Assembly (NCBI GenBank): GCA_965222375.1
Contig: CBDCTZ010000012.1
Span: forward strand, 160,001-224,000
Length of the DNA: 64,000 nt
Direction: 5' to 3'
DNA from: Polyangiaceae bacterium
GTDB taxonomy: Bacteria > Myxococcota_A > Polyangia > Polyangiales > Polyangiaceae
A model generated the notes under the pieces. That model was not told where the DNA came from, did no database searches, and saw only the letters and a list, made by a program, of their open reading frames with translations. Made by a program: the position numbers and the translations under genes. Every line of letters begins with the position of its first letter. Position 1 is the stretch's first letter. Of this stretch, positions 8,909-19,222 are shown piece by piece.

Positions 8909-9979
8909 CTACTCTCGCGACCGCGCGAAGATCGTGGAGTTCTTGGTGTCGGCGTCTCGCTCGGCCCAGTACACGCAGTCCTTGTCCAAGGTCATCGCCT
9001 CGATCGAGTTCGCCGAAGGCGCCGTGGCCAGGGGGTACAGGGTGCCGTCCTTGGGGTCGACGCCGCTCAAGATCTGCGGATCCCCTTCCTTGGGCCCCTT
9101 GAACACGGTGTACACCAGGTTTTCGTCAGCAGCGACCACCGCTCGGACCACCAAACCGGATGCGATCTTGCTCGCGGCTCCGCCCTTTTTCGGCACCCGC
9201 ATCAGATCGCCCTTTAGGGCCAGGTTGAAATAGACGTCGTCGCTGCCCATGGCCAAGGAGTAGGGTTTCGCCTGCTTCTTGGCGAGGGACTTGGGTTTGC
9301 CGCCCTTCAGGGAAAAGCGCAGCACGCGATTGCCACTCGAGTCCGTGACGTACACGCCGGAGCCGTCCACCACGATGGCGCTGTATCCGAAGGGGCCGTG
9401 CTTGGCTTCCGGGCGCGACACGCTGCCCAGTTCTTTGGATTTGCGATCCTTCTTGGTCATTTTCACGACTCGGTCGTAGGGACCGTAGTCGCCGGGCACA
9501 CCGTAGACATGCGCGCCGTCCAAGGCGATGGCCTGGGACGAGAAGGTTGGCGCCGGCGTGTCCGTCTCGCCGCCGGCTTTGGGAATAGTGTTCAAGCGGA
9601 TCCCAGCCGTGAAGTAGAGCAGCTTGTCGTCCACGGCCAGACCCCTGGGTTCGAGATCGAGAGACGTGAGCTGCGTCTTGCCACCGCCGTCCTTGCGGAT
9701 CTTGCCGACGTCGCCTCGACTTCCGTACAGCTGCCAACTCGAGAAGAACAAGTCCGTGGCGTCTCCCGCAAAGCCGTAGACGTAGCCGAAGGTCTCGCCC
9801 AGCTTCACGGGCTTCTTGCCCGAGGCCTGGCAGCCCTTCGGTGCGGGCGCTTCAGCGGTCTTCGCTGAGGCAGTGGCCGAAGGGGCTTCGGCGACCGGCG
9901 CTTCTTTCTTGTCGCAACCCCCGGCGACGACAACGGCGAGCCCGAGACTGATCGAGCGACCAAGAGTTAGGATCTGCAT
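8909..9979 (-). CDS. Beta-propeller lipoprotein
   Basis: Lipobox AGGC; repeated blades (LAVDDKLLYF, IALDGAHVY, IVVDGSGVYV, LDKDCVYW). Confidence 0.75.
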   Translation of the reverse strand: MQILTLGRSISLGLAVVVAGGCDKKEAPVAEAPSATASAKTAEAPAPKGCQASGKKPVKLGETFGYVYGFAGDATDLFFSSWQLYGSRGDVGKIRKDGGGKTQLTSLDLEPRGLAVDDKLLYFTAGIRLNTIPKAGGETDTPAPTFSSQAIALDGAHVYGVPGDYGPYDRVVKMTKKDRKSKELGSVSRPEAKHGPFGYSAIVVDGSGVYVTDSSGNRVLRFSLKGGKPKSLAKKQAKPYSLAMGSDDVYFNLALKGDLMRVPKKGGAASKIASGLVVRAVVAADENLVYTVFKGPKEGDPQILSGVDPKDGTLYPLATAPSANSIEAMTLDKDCVYWAERDADTKNSTIFARSRE

Positions 9980-10154
9980 GCTTTCCCTCGCTTGGTGGTG
10001 GGCCTGCGGCCCGAGACCGACCCGGCCCCGAACCTACGCCTCGGGCAAGTGCACGTCGAGGCCGGCGACGGAGATTGGCTCGGCGCCCATGCCATGCGTC
10101 AGCCCGCCGGGCCCTCGCTTGCGCATTTGGCGCTGTGCGTCGATAGATCAGAGG

Positions 10155-10853
10155 GTGAAGGCGGTGTGCATACTCGTGACGGGGGATCCCGTGCCCCGGG
10201 CGGAGCGGCGGCGCGGTCGCTTCGCCGACATGATTCGCAGGCTGGCTCCCGACACCACTCACTGGGTCGAGGTGGATGCGCGCGCTCCGGAGCTTCCTGC
10301 TGCCTCGGAATTCGCGGCCTTGGTGATCACGGGCTCGGCGGCGAGGGTCGCCGAGCGAACCCGGTGGATGACCCGGGCGGAGGCCTTCGTGCTCGGGGCC
10401 GTGGAAGACGAGGTGCCCACCTTGGGGATCTGTTTCGGCCACCAACTGATGGGTCGCGCGCTGGGAGGCCGAGTGGCGGAGAATCCCTCAGGCCGGGAGA
10501 TGGGGACGAAGCGCTACTTCGAGCTGAGCCCGGACGAAGTCGTCTCGGACTCGGAGCCTCCCTACTTGTGCAACATGAGTCACTTGGACTCCGTGGTCGA
10601 GCTACCACCGGGGGCTCGGGTCGTGGGGCATACGGAGCAGGAACCCCACGCAGCCGTGCGTTTCGGAGAGTCCGCCTGGGGCGTGCAGTTCCACCCCGAG
10701 TTCGATGAGGTGACCATGCGCAGCTACATCGAAGAGCGCCGCGACATCTTGCGCTCCGAGTCGCGAGATCCCGAGCAAATGCTCGACGGCGTGCAGGCCA
10801 CCCACGCGGGAAGCGGCGTACTCACGCGATTCTTGAGCCGACTCCGCCGTTGA
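10155..10853 (+). CDS. Class I glutamine amidotransferase
   Basis: ITGS, LGICFGHQ (Cys), GVQFHPE (His/Glu); start placed at GTG 10155. Confidence 0.9.
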   Translation: MKAVCILVTGDPVPRAERRRGRFADMIRRLAPDTTHWVEVDARAPELPAASEFAALVITGSAARVAERTRWMTRAEAFVLGAVEDEVPTLGICFGHQLMGRALGGRVAENPSGREMGTKRYFELSPDEVVSDSEPPYLCNMSHLDSVVELPPGARVVGHTEQEPHAAVRFGESAWGVQFHPEFDEVTMRSYIEERRDILRSESRDPEQMLDGVQATHAGSGVLTRFLSRLRR

Positions 10854-10892
10854 AGTCTGCGCAACGGGCCGCGGTTGAGCTCGAGCCGAGGC

Positions 10893-12044
10893 TCAGGACA
10901 CGTGTTTCATGAACACGGGTAGCTCGGCATAGCGCCGCGAGTGAAACACGTCGTCGCCAAAGAGCGTCGACAGGGAGTGCATGCGCTTGAAGTACAGGCC
11001 CACGTCGTGCTCGTCCGTGACACCGATGCCGCCGTGGAGCTGGATGCCCTGGCGAGTGACGAAGCCCCCGCTTTCGCAGAGTTGCACCTTGGCTGCCGAA
11101 ATGGCCCGGTGGCGCTCGGTGAGGTCGGACTCTTCGGCTTTGAGCATGGCCAAGATGGCCGTGCTCTTGGCTAGCTCCGTCTCTACGAACATGTCCACGC
11201 AGCGATGCTGCAAGGCCTGGAAGCTGCCGATGGCGCGACCGAACTGCTTGCGCTCGGTCAGATAGTTCCGCGTCATCATCAAGACGGCTTGCATGATGCC
11301 GGAGCCCTCGCAGCACGCCGCCGCGGCGCCGAGGTCGAAGAGTCGGTCCAATACGGGCGCGGCGCCGTCGGCATCTCCGAGCAGGCGATCCGCGCCAACC
11401 TCGACCCCGTCCAGCTTGAGCATGCCACCCAGCTTGCCGTCCATCTGTTTGACGGTCTGAGCCGTGAGGCCTTTGGCGTCGCGGTCGACGACAAAGAGGG
11501 AGACTCCCTTGGCGTCGCTGTCGCCGCCGCTGGTGCGGGCGGAGACAACGATCTGGTCTGCCGCGTGCCCGTTTTGCACCCAGCGTTTTTCGCCGCTGAG
11601 CTTGTAGCCCGAGCCGGACTTTTCCGCTTTGGTCCGCACATTGCACACGTCGAAGCGGCTCTGGGCTTCGCCTAGGGCAAGGGCGAGGCTGGTATCGCCA
11701 GCGACGGCGGGGGCCAAGAACTGTTCTTGCTGAGCCGCGCTGCCGGCGTTGGCCAGGGCAGCCCCGGCAACCACTAGCGGCAAGACGGGCTCGGGCACGA
11801 GGGTGGTGCCCAGCTGCTCGATGATCAGGCCCATCTCCACAAAGCTCATCTGGGAGCCTCCGGCGGCCTCGGGAAACATCACACCGAGCCAGCCCAGCTC
11901 ACCCATCTGCTTCCAGACGGCCTTTTCCCAGCCGGCGCCTTCGTCGCGCAACTTGCGCATGCGTTCCACGGGCGATTCCTTACGCACGAAGGACTGCACC
12001 GTGCTCACCAACATTTTTTGGTCTTCGGTTAGTTCGAAATCCAT
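10893..12044 (-). CDS. Acyl-CoA dehydrogenase, probable non-catalytic partner subunit (PimD-like)
   Basis: MDFELTEDQ, RKQFGRAIGSFQALQH, QLHGGIG; C-terminus LFGD lacks the usual catalytic Glu. Confidence 0.88.
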   Translation of the reverse strand: MDFELTEDQKMLVSTVQSFVRKESPVERMRKLRDEGAGWEKAVWKQMGELGWLGVMFPEAAGGSQMSFVEMGLIIEQLGTTLVPEPVLPLVVAGAALANAGSAAQQEQFLAPAVAGDTSLALALGEAQSRFDVCNVRTKAEKSGSGYKLSGEKRWVQNGHAADQIVVSARTSGGDSDAKGVSLFVVDRDAKGLTAQTVKQMDGKLGGMLKLDGVEVGADRLLGDADGAAPVLDRLFDLGAAAACCEGSGIMQAVLMMTRNYLTERKQFGRAIGSFQALQHRCVDMFVETELAKSTAILAMLKAEESDLTERHRAISAAKVQLCESGGFVTRQGIQLHGGIGVTDEHDVGLYFKRMHSLSTLFGDDVFHSRRYAELPVFMKHVS

Positions 12045-12054
12045 GGCGGTATCC

Positions 12055-13239
12055 TCAGGCGCTCGGTAGGCCAAGAATCATCTTGGAGATGATGTTTTTC
12101 TGAATCTCGTTCGAGCCGGCATAGATGGTCGCGGCTCGCATGTAGTTGAAGGCGCTCGGGACCCACTGCTCGCGATCCGGAACCACCCCAGGCTCGTTGA
12201 ACCAAGTGAACGAGTTTTCTCCCATCAGCTTCATCAACAGGTCGAAGCAGGCTTGTTGAATCTCCGTTCCACGCAGCTTCAAAATGCTGGACTCGGGGCC
12301 GGGAGCGTGACCCAGCTGCGCGCCGGCGATGGCGCGATAGTTGACCATCTTCAGTGCCTCCAGGCGGATCTCGATCCGGGCGATTTCGTTCTTGATCACC
12401 GGGTCTTCGATTAGCGGTCGCCCGCCCGAGAAGGTCTCGCTGGCGATGCGCTTGGCTCGTAGAAGGGCGCGGGTGGAGATGCCGACGCCGGCCACCAGAG
12501 TGCGCTCGTGTCCGAGCAGCGCCTTGGCGTAGGTCCAACCTTGGTTCATCTCTCCGACCAGGTTTTCCTTGGGCACCTTGACGTCTTCGAACCAAGTTTC
12601 GCAAAACGCGGGAGTGCCGCCTGTGGTCAAGAAGGGCTTGGCGGTGACGCCGGGGCTCTTCATGTCACACAGGATGAAGCTGATGCCCTCTTGCTTCTTC
12701 TTGGCCTCGGAGTTGGTCCGGGTCAGCAGGAAGATGAAGTCGGCATACTGCGCGTAGGTCGTCCAAGTCTTCTGACCATTGAGCAGGAAGTGATCGCCCT
12801 TGTCTTCGGCGCGCAACTGCAGGCTCGCCAGATCGCTACCCGAGTTCGGCTCGGAGTAGCCCTGGCACCACACCTTCGTGCCCGCCAAGATCTCCGGCAG
12901 GAAGCGTTTCTGCTGCTCTTCGTTGCCGAACTGGATGATCAGCGGGCCCACCATGGACAGGCCAAAGGGTGACAGCCGCGGTGCGCCGGATAGCTCGAGC
13001 TCTTCGCTGAAGATGAAGCGGCGGGTCGCGTCCCAGCCTGGACCGCCATGCTGCTTGGGCCAGTTGGGTGCGGCCCAGCCCTTCTTGGCGAGCACCTGGT
13101 GCCACTCCATCACTTCGTCGTGCTCGAACTCCGCGTCGGCCTCCGCCTTCTTCTTGACGTGCGGCGGCATCAACGAAAGGATCGTGTCACGCACTTCCTT
13201 TCGGAACGCTTCGTGTTCGGGCGAAAAACTCATGTCCAT
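12055..13239 (-). CDS. Acyl-CoA dehydrogenase (PimC-like)
   Basis: WCQGYSEPNSGSDLASL, LNGQKTWT, LGHER, IYAGSNEIQ. Confidence 0.92.
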   Translation of the reverse strand: MDMSFSPEHEAFRKEVRDTILSLMPPHVKKKAEADAEFEHDEVMEWHQVLAKKGWAAPNWPKQHGGPGWDATRRFIFSEELELSGAPRLSPFGLSMVGPLIIQFGNEEQQKRFLPEILAGTKVWCQGYSEPNSGSDLASLQLRAEDKGDHFLLNGQKTWTTYAQYADFIFLLTRTNSEAKKKQEGISFILCDMKSPGVTAKPFLTTGGTPAFCETWFEDVKVPKENLVGEMNQGWTYAKALLGHERTLVAGVGISTRALLRAKRIASETFSGGRPLIEDPVIKNEIARIEIRLEALKMVNYRAIAGAQLGHAPGPESSILKLRGTEIQQACFDLLMKLMGENSFTWFNEPGVVPDREQWVPSAFNYMRAATIYAGSNEIQKNIISKMILGLPSA

Positions 13240-13522
13240 GGCGAAAACCTCGTCGTACTAAGGGGTCGCAAAGCGCGTCGGGGCTTATAGCACCGCGGCG
13301 GCCATCATGGGTCGCCGCCCAATTGAGCCCCGCGCAATCCGCCGCCAGGCAACTCCGAGGTGTGCATTTTCGGTCCGGACCCATCCGCCGCGGCAGCCTG
13401 GGCTGCGCTGATCAGTGACCCAGCGCGCGGCCGGCGCGCCCAGCAATGGCGACGACGCCCCCAATGTCTTTGGCGACACCCGTGTCTTGCCGCCGAGCGC
13501 CCGCTTTGGCAGGGTCCGATTC

Positions 13523-13909
13523 GTGACTCCGAAAGAAAAAACCATCGTCAAATCCTTGGTGGCCGTGGCTTGGGCTGACGGCCAAGTCAAAGAACCCGAG
13601 CAAGGCATGCTCGAGGGGCTGCTCTGGGCCTTCGGGGCTGAAGAAGAGGACGAAAAAGAAATCCTCGCGTATGCCAAAAAGAAGCGGACCCTCAAAGACG
13701 ACATTCCCGTTGCCGAGCTCGACCGCGCAGACCGCGAGCTACTCTTGGCCCACGCTGCGCTGTTGACCCACGCGGACGGCAAGCAGACCAAGGCAGAGCA
13801 GAAGATCTTGCTTGGGTTGTTGGAAATCTTGGAGGTTTCCAAAGAAGAGGCCAAGCCGATTTTCGCCACCGCTCGCGAGCGGGCGAAGAAGCTCGCTGAG
13901 CGCTTCTGA
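13523..13909 (+). CDS. TerB-family protein
   Basis: Two VAWADG/LTHADG..E motifs; start placed at GTG 13523. Confidence 0.75.
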   Translation: MTPKEKTIVKSLVAVAWADGQVKEPEQGMLEGLLWAFGAEEEDEKEILAYAKKKRTLKDDIPVAELDRADRELLLAHAALLTHADGKQTKAEQKILLGLLEILEVSKEEAKPIFATARERAKKLAERF

Positions 13910-13981
13910 GCCGCTGGCCCTCGACGGCCCGGCGCTCCAATCTCGACAGCCGATAGCGAGTGCGCTAAGTCCGCGCCCCTC

Positions 13982-15085
13982 ATGGGTTTCTCCTGCGGCA
14001 TCGTTGGCTTGCCGAACGTCGGCAAGAGCACGCTTTTCAACTCGCTGTCCACGGCCAAGGCCGAGGCGCAGAACTTCCCGTTCTGCACCATCGAGCCCAA
14101 CGTGGGGGTGGTGCCCGTGCCCGACGAGCGGCTCAGTGCTCTGGCCAAGATCTACGAACCCGAAAAGGTCGTGCCGACAGCGATTCAGTTCGTGGACATC
14201 GCAGGCTTGGTGCGGGGGGCGTCCAAAGGCGAGGGCCTGGGCAACCAGTTCTTGTCCCACATCCGAGAGGTGGACGCGATTGCCCACGTGGTGCGCTGCT
14301 TCACGGACGAAAACGTGACCCATGTGGATGGCCGGGTGGACCCGGTGGCGGACATCGCCACGATCGAAACCGAGCTGTGTCTGAAGGACCTCGACACCGT
14401 ACAAAAGCGCCTCGATCGAGCGCGCAAGCAGAGCAAGAGCGGGGACGCCCTGGAGCGCTTGGCCATCGAGGTCTGCGAGAAGCTGGCCGCGCACCTGGAC
14501 GAGGGCAAGCCCGCTCGCTCCTTGCCCTTCGAGGACGAGAAGGCTGCGGGCATCGTGCAGAACATGCAGCTGTTGACCGCCAAGCCGGTGTTCTACGTCG
14601 CCAACGTGGATGAAGGCTCCCTGGGCAAGGTGGACGACAATCCCCACTACCAGGCCCTGCGTGCCCACGCAGATTCGGAGGGCGCGTTGGTGGTACCCAT
14701 CTGCGCGGCCCTGGAAGAACAAATCGCCGAACTCGAGCCCGAGGATCGTCCAGAGTTTCTAGAGAGCGTAGGGCTGGCGGAGCCGGGTCTCAACTCGGTG
14801 ATCCGGACCGGCTATCAACTGCTCGGTTTGATCACCTTCCTGACCGGCGGACCCAAGGAGTGCCGAGCTTGGACCGTGCAGAAAGGGTCGACGGCGCCCC
14901 AGGCCGCTGGAGTCATTCACACGGACTTCGAGCGGGGCTTCATCAAGGCCGAAGTGATCTGGTGGGAGGACTTGGTGAAGCTGGGCAGTGAGGCCAAGTG
15001 CCGCGAAGCTGGGAAACTCGCCATTGAAGGCAAAGAGTACGTCGTCCGGGATGGCGACGTGATGCACTACCGCTTCAACGTCTAG
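13982..15085 (+). CDS. ychF: Redox-regulated ATPase YchF
   Basis: GIVGLPNVGKST, FPFCTIEPN, DIAGLVRGASKGEGLGNQFL, TGS domain. Confidence 0.97.
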   Translation: MGFSCGIVGLPNVGKSTLFNSLSTAKAEAQNFPFCTIEPNVGVVPVPDERLSALAKIYEPEKVVPTAIQFVDIAGLVRGASKGEGLGNQFLSHIREVDAIAHVVRCFTDENVTHVDGRVDPVADIATIETELCLKDLDTVQKRLDRARKQSKSGDALERLAIEVCEKLAAHLDEGKPARSLPFEDEKAAGIVQNMQLLTAKPVFYVANVDEGSLGKVDDNPHYQALRAHADSEGALVVPICAALEEQIAELEPEDRPEFLESVGLAEPGLNSVIRTGYQLLGLITFLTGGPKECRAWTVQKGSTAPQAAGVIHTDFERGFIKAEVIWWEDLVKLGSEAKCREAGKLAIEGKEYVVRDGDVMHYRFNV

Positions 15086-15098
15086 ACAAAGCTGTCGT

Positions 15099-15842
15099 GT
15101 GCCTATCGATCTGACCTTCCTCGCCTTTGGGCTGGTGGTGCTGACCGCCTACGCGGTTCAGACGATGATCGGGTTTGGCAGCGTGATCTTGTGCGTGACC
15201 TTGGGCGCGTTACTCATGCCGCTGCCCCAGGTGTTGGCCCTGGCTGTGCCGGTGTCGCTGTTGCAAACGGGCTACATCATCGCGCGGCATCGTTCGGCCA
15301 TCCGATTCCGACTGCTGTTGCTGGAGGTCCTGCCCTTGATGGTGGCCGGCGCTGCGCTCAGCATTTGGCTGTTGGGCGATCTGAAAGCACCATGGCTAAG
15401 GCCGGCTTTCGGCGGGTTGGTGCTGGCCTTGTCCCTGCGCGAGCTGTGGACGCGCCTCCGCCCGCAGGCGTCTTCCGGAGGCGACGTCTCCAAGGTGGCG
15501 CAGACCGGCGCGCTTTTCGGTGCCGGGGTCGTGCATGGGCTCTTTGCCACAGGTGGGCCGCTACTGGTCTACGCCATCGGGCGCCGCAAACTCAGCAAGG
15601 GCGAGTTTCGCAGCACGGTCACTGCGGTGTGGTTCGTCCTGAACCTGGCACTGGTGGTGGTGTACTTCCGGGCCGGACGCCTGGGGGGAGACATGGTGGC
15701 GCCATTGTTGACCTTGGTTCCCGCGGTGGGCGCAGGAATCGTCGCCGGCGAGGCTCTTCACCACAGGATCGACGAAGAGCGATTTCGCGTGGTGCTCTTC
15801 GTCCTTCTCGCCGTGGCCGCCATCGCGCTCATATTGCGCTGA
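15099..15842 (+). CDS. TauE/SafE family exporter
   Basis: About 8 TM segments; GFG motif and GLFATGGP repeat. Confidence 0.8.
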   Translation: MPIDLTFLAFGLVVLTAYAVQTMIGFGSVILCVTLGALLMPLPQVLALAVPVSLLQTGYIIARHRSAIRFRLLLLEVLPLMVAGAALSIWLLGDLKAPWLRPAFGGLVLALSLRELWTRLRPQASSGGDVSKVAQTGALFGAGVVHGLFATGGPLLVYAIGRRKLSKGEFRSTVTAVWFVLNLALVVVYFRAGRLGGDMVAPLLTLVPAVGAGIVAGEALHHRIDEERFRVVLFVLLAVAAIALILR

Positions 15843-15846
15843 GCTC

Positions 15847-16320
15847 CTACTCAGACCAAGAGCGCAAGGTCACGATGTCCACTGGGCCGCCGAAGTAGCC
15901 GAGGAAGCGCGCGACCCACAGCGCGAATAGCAGGACGAAAAGCGAAATCGCCAACACGCTCACGGCCAGGTTCACCCGGGGGCTCAGCGGGCGGTCGCCG
16001 CCGCCCCGCACATAGCTCATGCCCAGAGTGCCCAGCACCGCGATGTAGACCGGCGCCACCACGAAGACCAAGGGGTGTAGCTGCAGCGCGGCTGCGAACT
16101 CGCCGCTCGCGGCCGCGATGGTGGCGCGGGTCAGTCCGCAGCCGGGGCAGGGGATTCCGAACAGACCGGCCGTGGGGCATAGGGGAAAGTCGACGCTCAC
16201 GGCGACCACGACGGGTAGGGTGAGCAGGCCGAGGGTGAGCCCTCGGCGCAAGCGCCCGCTTAGAGATGCGGCCGGAGTTTCCACTCCACTATCAGCGGGC
16301 TGCGGCATTCGCGGGCGCAA
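15847..16320 (-). CDS. DUF2752 membrane protein
   Basis: CP..GIPCPGCGLTRA..HPL; start uncertain. Confidence 0.85.
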   Translation of the reverse strand: MRPRMPQPADSGVETPAASLSGRLRRGLTLGLLTLPVVVAVSVDFPLCPTAGLFGIPCPGCGLTRATIAAASGEFAAALQLHPLVFVVAPVYIAVLGTLGMSYVRGGGDRPLSPRVNLAVSVLAISLFVLLFALWVARFLGYFGGPVDIVTLRSWSE

Positions 16321-16428
16321 AGCTAAGACCGAAAAGCGGATAGCGCAAAGGCTGCAGCGCAGGTGTATTTGCGCTCCTTGGAGAGCGGGAGTACCGGCGC
16401 GGGTGCTTTTTGGCTATTCTTCGGCACT

Positions 16429-17694
16429 ATGAAGCTCGCTCGCCTGCTCGCACCTGCCTTGGCTTTGACACTTCTGCTGGCCGCTCGGCCTGCCTTGGCG
16501 GCGGATTGCACTCCACCGCGCATCCTATTTGTCGTGGACACCTCGACCTCGATGCTGGGCGACATCCCAGACGGCGCGGCCACGACGACCAAGTGGGCGG
16601 CAGCGCAGTCCGCGGTCAAAGAGGTGTTCAAGGCGTTCCCGGATGCGGCCCAATACGGGCTGATGGTCTTTCCGGGCAAGGCGGGCCAATGCACCACCGG
16701 CGAGGTGTTGGTGGATCCGTCGTCGGGCACCGCGGCGACCATCGAGCAGACCCTGCAGAACCTGGTGATTCCCAACAACAACCAGACTCCCGCGGGTCAG
16801 ACCCTGATGGCGGCGTCGAAGTACGCCAAGATCACGGACCCCTCCTACGCCAACTACGTCATCTTCGTGACCGACGGCTATCAGTACTGCAGCGTCAACG
16901 GCGGCACGGCGTGCGCGACCGCAGCCGACTGCACCCTGATGGGCGAGACGACCTGTCCCACCTGCCTGCCGAGCCAGCCCGACGGGTGTTTCTGCGTTCA
17001 GGATTGGTCCACCCTCGGCGCCGACGCCCTGACCAAAGCGGGCGTCAAGACCTTCGTCGTTGGCTTTGGCAACAACGTGAATTTCCAGGCCCTCAACAAG
17101 ACAGCCCAAGCCGGCGGCACGGCGCTGAGCGGCTGTAACCCCAACGCCACCGTCGCTAGCTGCTACTTCCAGGCGCAGAACCCGACGGACCTCAAGAGCG
17201 CCCTGGGCAGCATCGTCACGCAGGTCGTGACCAATCAGTGCACCGGGGACTGTGGGATTTCAGGAACTCAGACCTGCACGGTGAACGGCTGGTCGCCCTG
17301 CAATGCGCCTGCGACTCAAAGCTGCACCTCGACCTGCAACACGCCGGGTACGCAGCAGTGCGTTTCTGGTTCTCTGACCCAGTGCTCGAGTGAGGTCGAC
17401 TGCAATAGCGGCGGCGCGGGCGGCGCGAGCGGGAGCGCTGGCGCGGGCAATGCCGGTGGCCAAGGCAACGCGGGCGGCCAGGGCAACGTGGGCGGCCAGG
17501 GTGGTTTTGGTGCCGTTGGCGGATCCGCGGCGACGGGCGGCAGCGGCGCGGCGCCTACGGGCGCTCAGGATTCCGGAGATGACGGCAGCTGCGGTTGCCG
17601 TGTTCCAGCCAAGTCGCCGGCGGCTCCGGCCGGCTTGGTGCTGTCTCTGCTGGGCGCGGTCTGGGCACTGCGCCGCCGCGTGCGGCATAGCTGA
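16429..17694 (+). CDS. vWA-domain, Cys-rich surface protein with MYXO-CTERM-like tail
   Basis: Signal peptide, MIDAS DTSTS and TDG, Cys-rich region, Gly-rich linker, DDGSCGCRV+TM+RRR. Confidence 0.85.
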   Translation: MKLARLLAPALALTLLLAARPALAADCTPPRILFVVDTSTSMLGDIPDGAATTTKWAAAQSAVKEVFKAFPDAAQYGLMVFPGKAGQCTTGEVLVDPSSGTAATIEQTLQNLVIPNNNQTPAGQTLMAASKYAKITDPSYANYVIFVTDGYQYCSVNGGTACATAADCTLMGETTCPTCLPSQPDGCFCVQDWSTLGADALTKAGVKTFVVGFGNNVNFQALNKTAQAGGTALSGCNPNATVASCYFQAQNPTDLKSALGSIVTQVVTNQCTGDCGISGTQTCTVNGWSPCNAPATQSCTSTCNTPGTQQCVSGSLTQCSSEVDCNSGGAGGASGSAGAGNAGGQGNAGGQGNVGGQGGFGAVGGSAATGGSGAAPTGAQDSGDDGSCGCRVPAKSPAAPAGLVLSLLGAVWALRRRVRHS

Positions 17695-17817
17695 TAGCCG
17701 ATAGCCCCCTGGCGCAGAGTCGGGGTTGGAGGCAGCGGGGGCCGGGCGCGCGCTGGGGTTCCCCGCGCGGTCATTGTCTGACCGAGGGTTGTGCTGGCTC
17801 AGACATACACTGGGCGG

Positions 17818-18576
17818 ATGAGTGAGCCGCCGCGCGTTCCCCACCTGCTCGCGTTGTTCGAAAACGGTTTGGGGGATACCAGTGTCTTTCCCTACTCACT
17901 TCCTTTCTTGCCGAACCTCCATCTCGAGTTTCCCACCCATGTGACGTTCTTCGTGGGAGAGAACGGGAGCGGCAAGTCGACCTTGCTCGAAGCGATTGCG
18001 GACATCTGCCGCTTGCCGGTTTCGGGTGGGGGGAAGAACGAACTGGGTCAGACTCACGGTCCGGAACAAGAGAGTTTGCTCGCACGCAGCCTCAAGGGTT
18101 CGTTTCGTCGTCGCCCCTGGGATGGGTTCTTTCTCCGCGCGGAGTTCTACGCCCACTTCGCGTCTCTGCTGGATCAACGCCGCGGGGATCCGGAGTTCGG
18201 TGGCGATCCCTACTTCCTCTACGGTGGCAAATCCCTACACGAACGCTCGCATGGAGAAGCGTTCATGGAGATCATTCAGGGGCGGATGGACTCGGGCATG
18301 TTCTTGTTGGACGAGCCCGAATCGGCGCTGTCCCCGCAGCGGCAGTTGGCGCTTCTCGCAACCATGGCGGCGGCCACGGCGTCCGGCGAGGCGCAATTCG
18401 TCATCGCGACGCATTCGCCCGTGTTGCTGACGTTCCCCGGCGCGACCATCGTCGACTTCAATGACCCCGCCTTGCCCACCATCGCGCTGGAAGACACCTC
18501 GCACTATCAGATCACGCGGGGGATCCTCGAAAGCCCGGAGCGCTACTGGAAGCACCTGCGACCCGACTGCGCCTAG
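17818..18576 (+). CDS. Stand-alone ABC/SMC-like ATPase (COG3910-like)
   Basis: GENGSGKST, SHGE, LLDEPESALSPQRQ, IATHSP. Confidence 0.88.
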   Translation: MSEPPRVPHLLALFENGLGDTSVFPYSLPFLPNLHLEFPTHVTFFVGENGSGKSTLLEAIADICRLPVSGGGKNELGQTHGPEQESLLARSLKGSFRRRPWDGFFLRAEFYAHFASLLDQRRGDPEFGGDPYFLYGGKSLHERSHGEAFMEIIQGRMDSGMFLLDEPESALSPQRQLALLATMAAATASGEAQFVIATHSPVLLTFPGATIVDFNDPALPTIALEDTSHYQITRGILESPERYWKHLRPDCA

Positions 18577-18938
18577 GGTGACTCCGCGACCTGGGGGCCC
18601 GATTCGAGAGTAGTTACCCACCCGGCTTCGCCGGACCCACATCGAAGGAAACGCGCCATACTGCTGGATGGTGGCAGAGAGGTCGAGGCCGCGATGGCGC
18701 CAGCGAGCCCTTCTGTTTCTGCCTAGTGGCCCTCGGCGGCCCAGAGATGACGCGCTTCGTGATACCCGAAGGGGTGCGACCCCAAACAAAAAAGGACCCT
18801 CCGATTCAGCTCAAGATGGGACCATTTCCGTTGTTTGGTGCGGATTGCGGGCAACGATCGACGCCCGCGAACCCAAATCGCCCGCCGTGGGCTCTTATTA
18901 TCGTGACGAAGAAGACGAGTGCAGGACAGCCGCCTGCA

Positions 18939-19157
18939 ATGACGGGCGCGACGCCGGATGAAGCGAAGCTAAAGCGCAGCAACGAGCTGCTGACCGTGGG
19001 AGCTACGGTTGGTGCCGTTGGTGTAGTTGGCGCGGTGTTCTTAGGCGCCACCTGTCCGCTATGCGTAGTGGCAGCACCCGCGCTGCTAGGGGCCGGAGCG
19101 GTGGAGCGGTTGCGTTCGAAACGACCGAGTCGGCGAAAACCCGACGGCGCAAAGTAA
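18939..19157 (+). CDS. Small membrane protein with CxxC
   Basis: Two hydrophobic segments flanking TCPLC; start uncertain (ORF open from 18726). Confidence 0.5.
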   Translation: MTGATPDEAKLKRSNELLTVGATVGAVGVVGAVFLGATCPLCVVAAPALLGAGAVERLRSKRPSRRKPDGAK

Positions 19158-19190
19158 AAAACGCGACGCCCCTCGAGGGAGCGCCGCGCT
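19156..19190 (-). terminator. Intrinsic terminator
   Basis: Minus strand GCGCGGCGCTCCCTCGAGGGGCGTCGCG followed by TTTTTT, downstream of 19223..20329. Confidence 0.6.
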
Positions 19191-19222
19191 TTGCCGTCTG
19201 TCCGCGGCCAGCGCGGACTGTC

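Noticed and set aside
17818..18576. Anti-phage defence ATPase
   Set aside because: No partner nuclease or effector adjacent; matches a common stand-alone ATPase type
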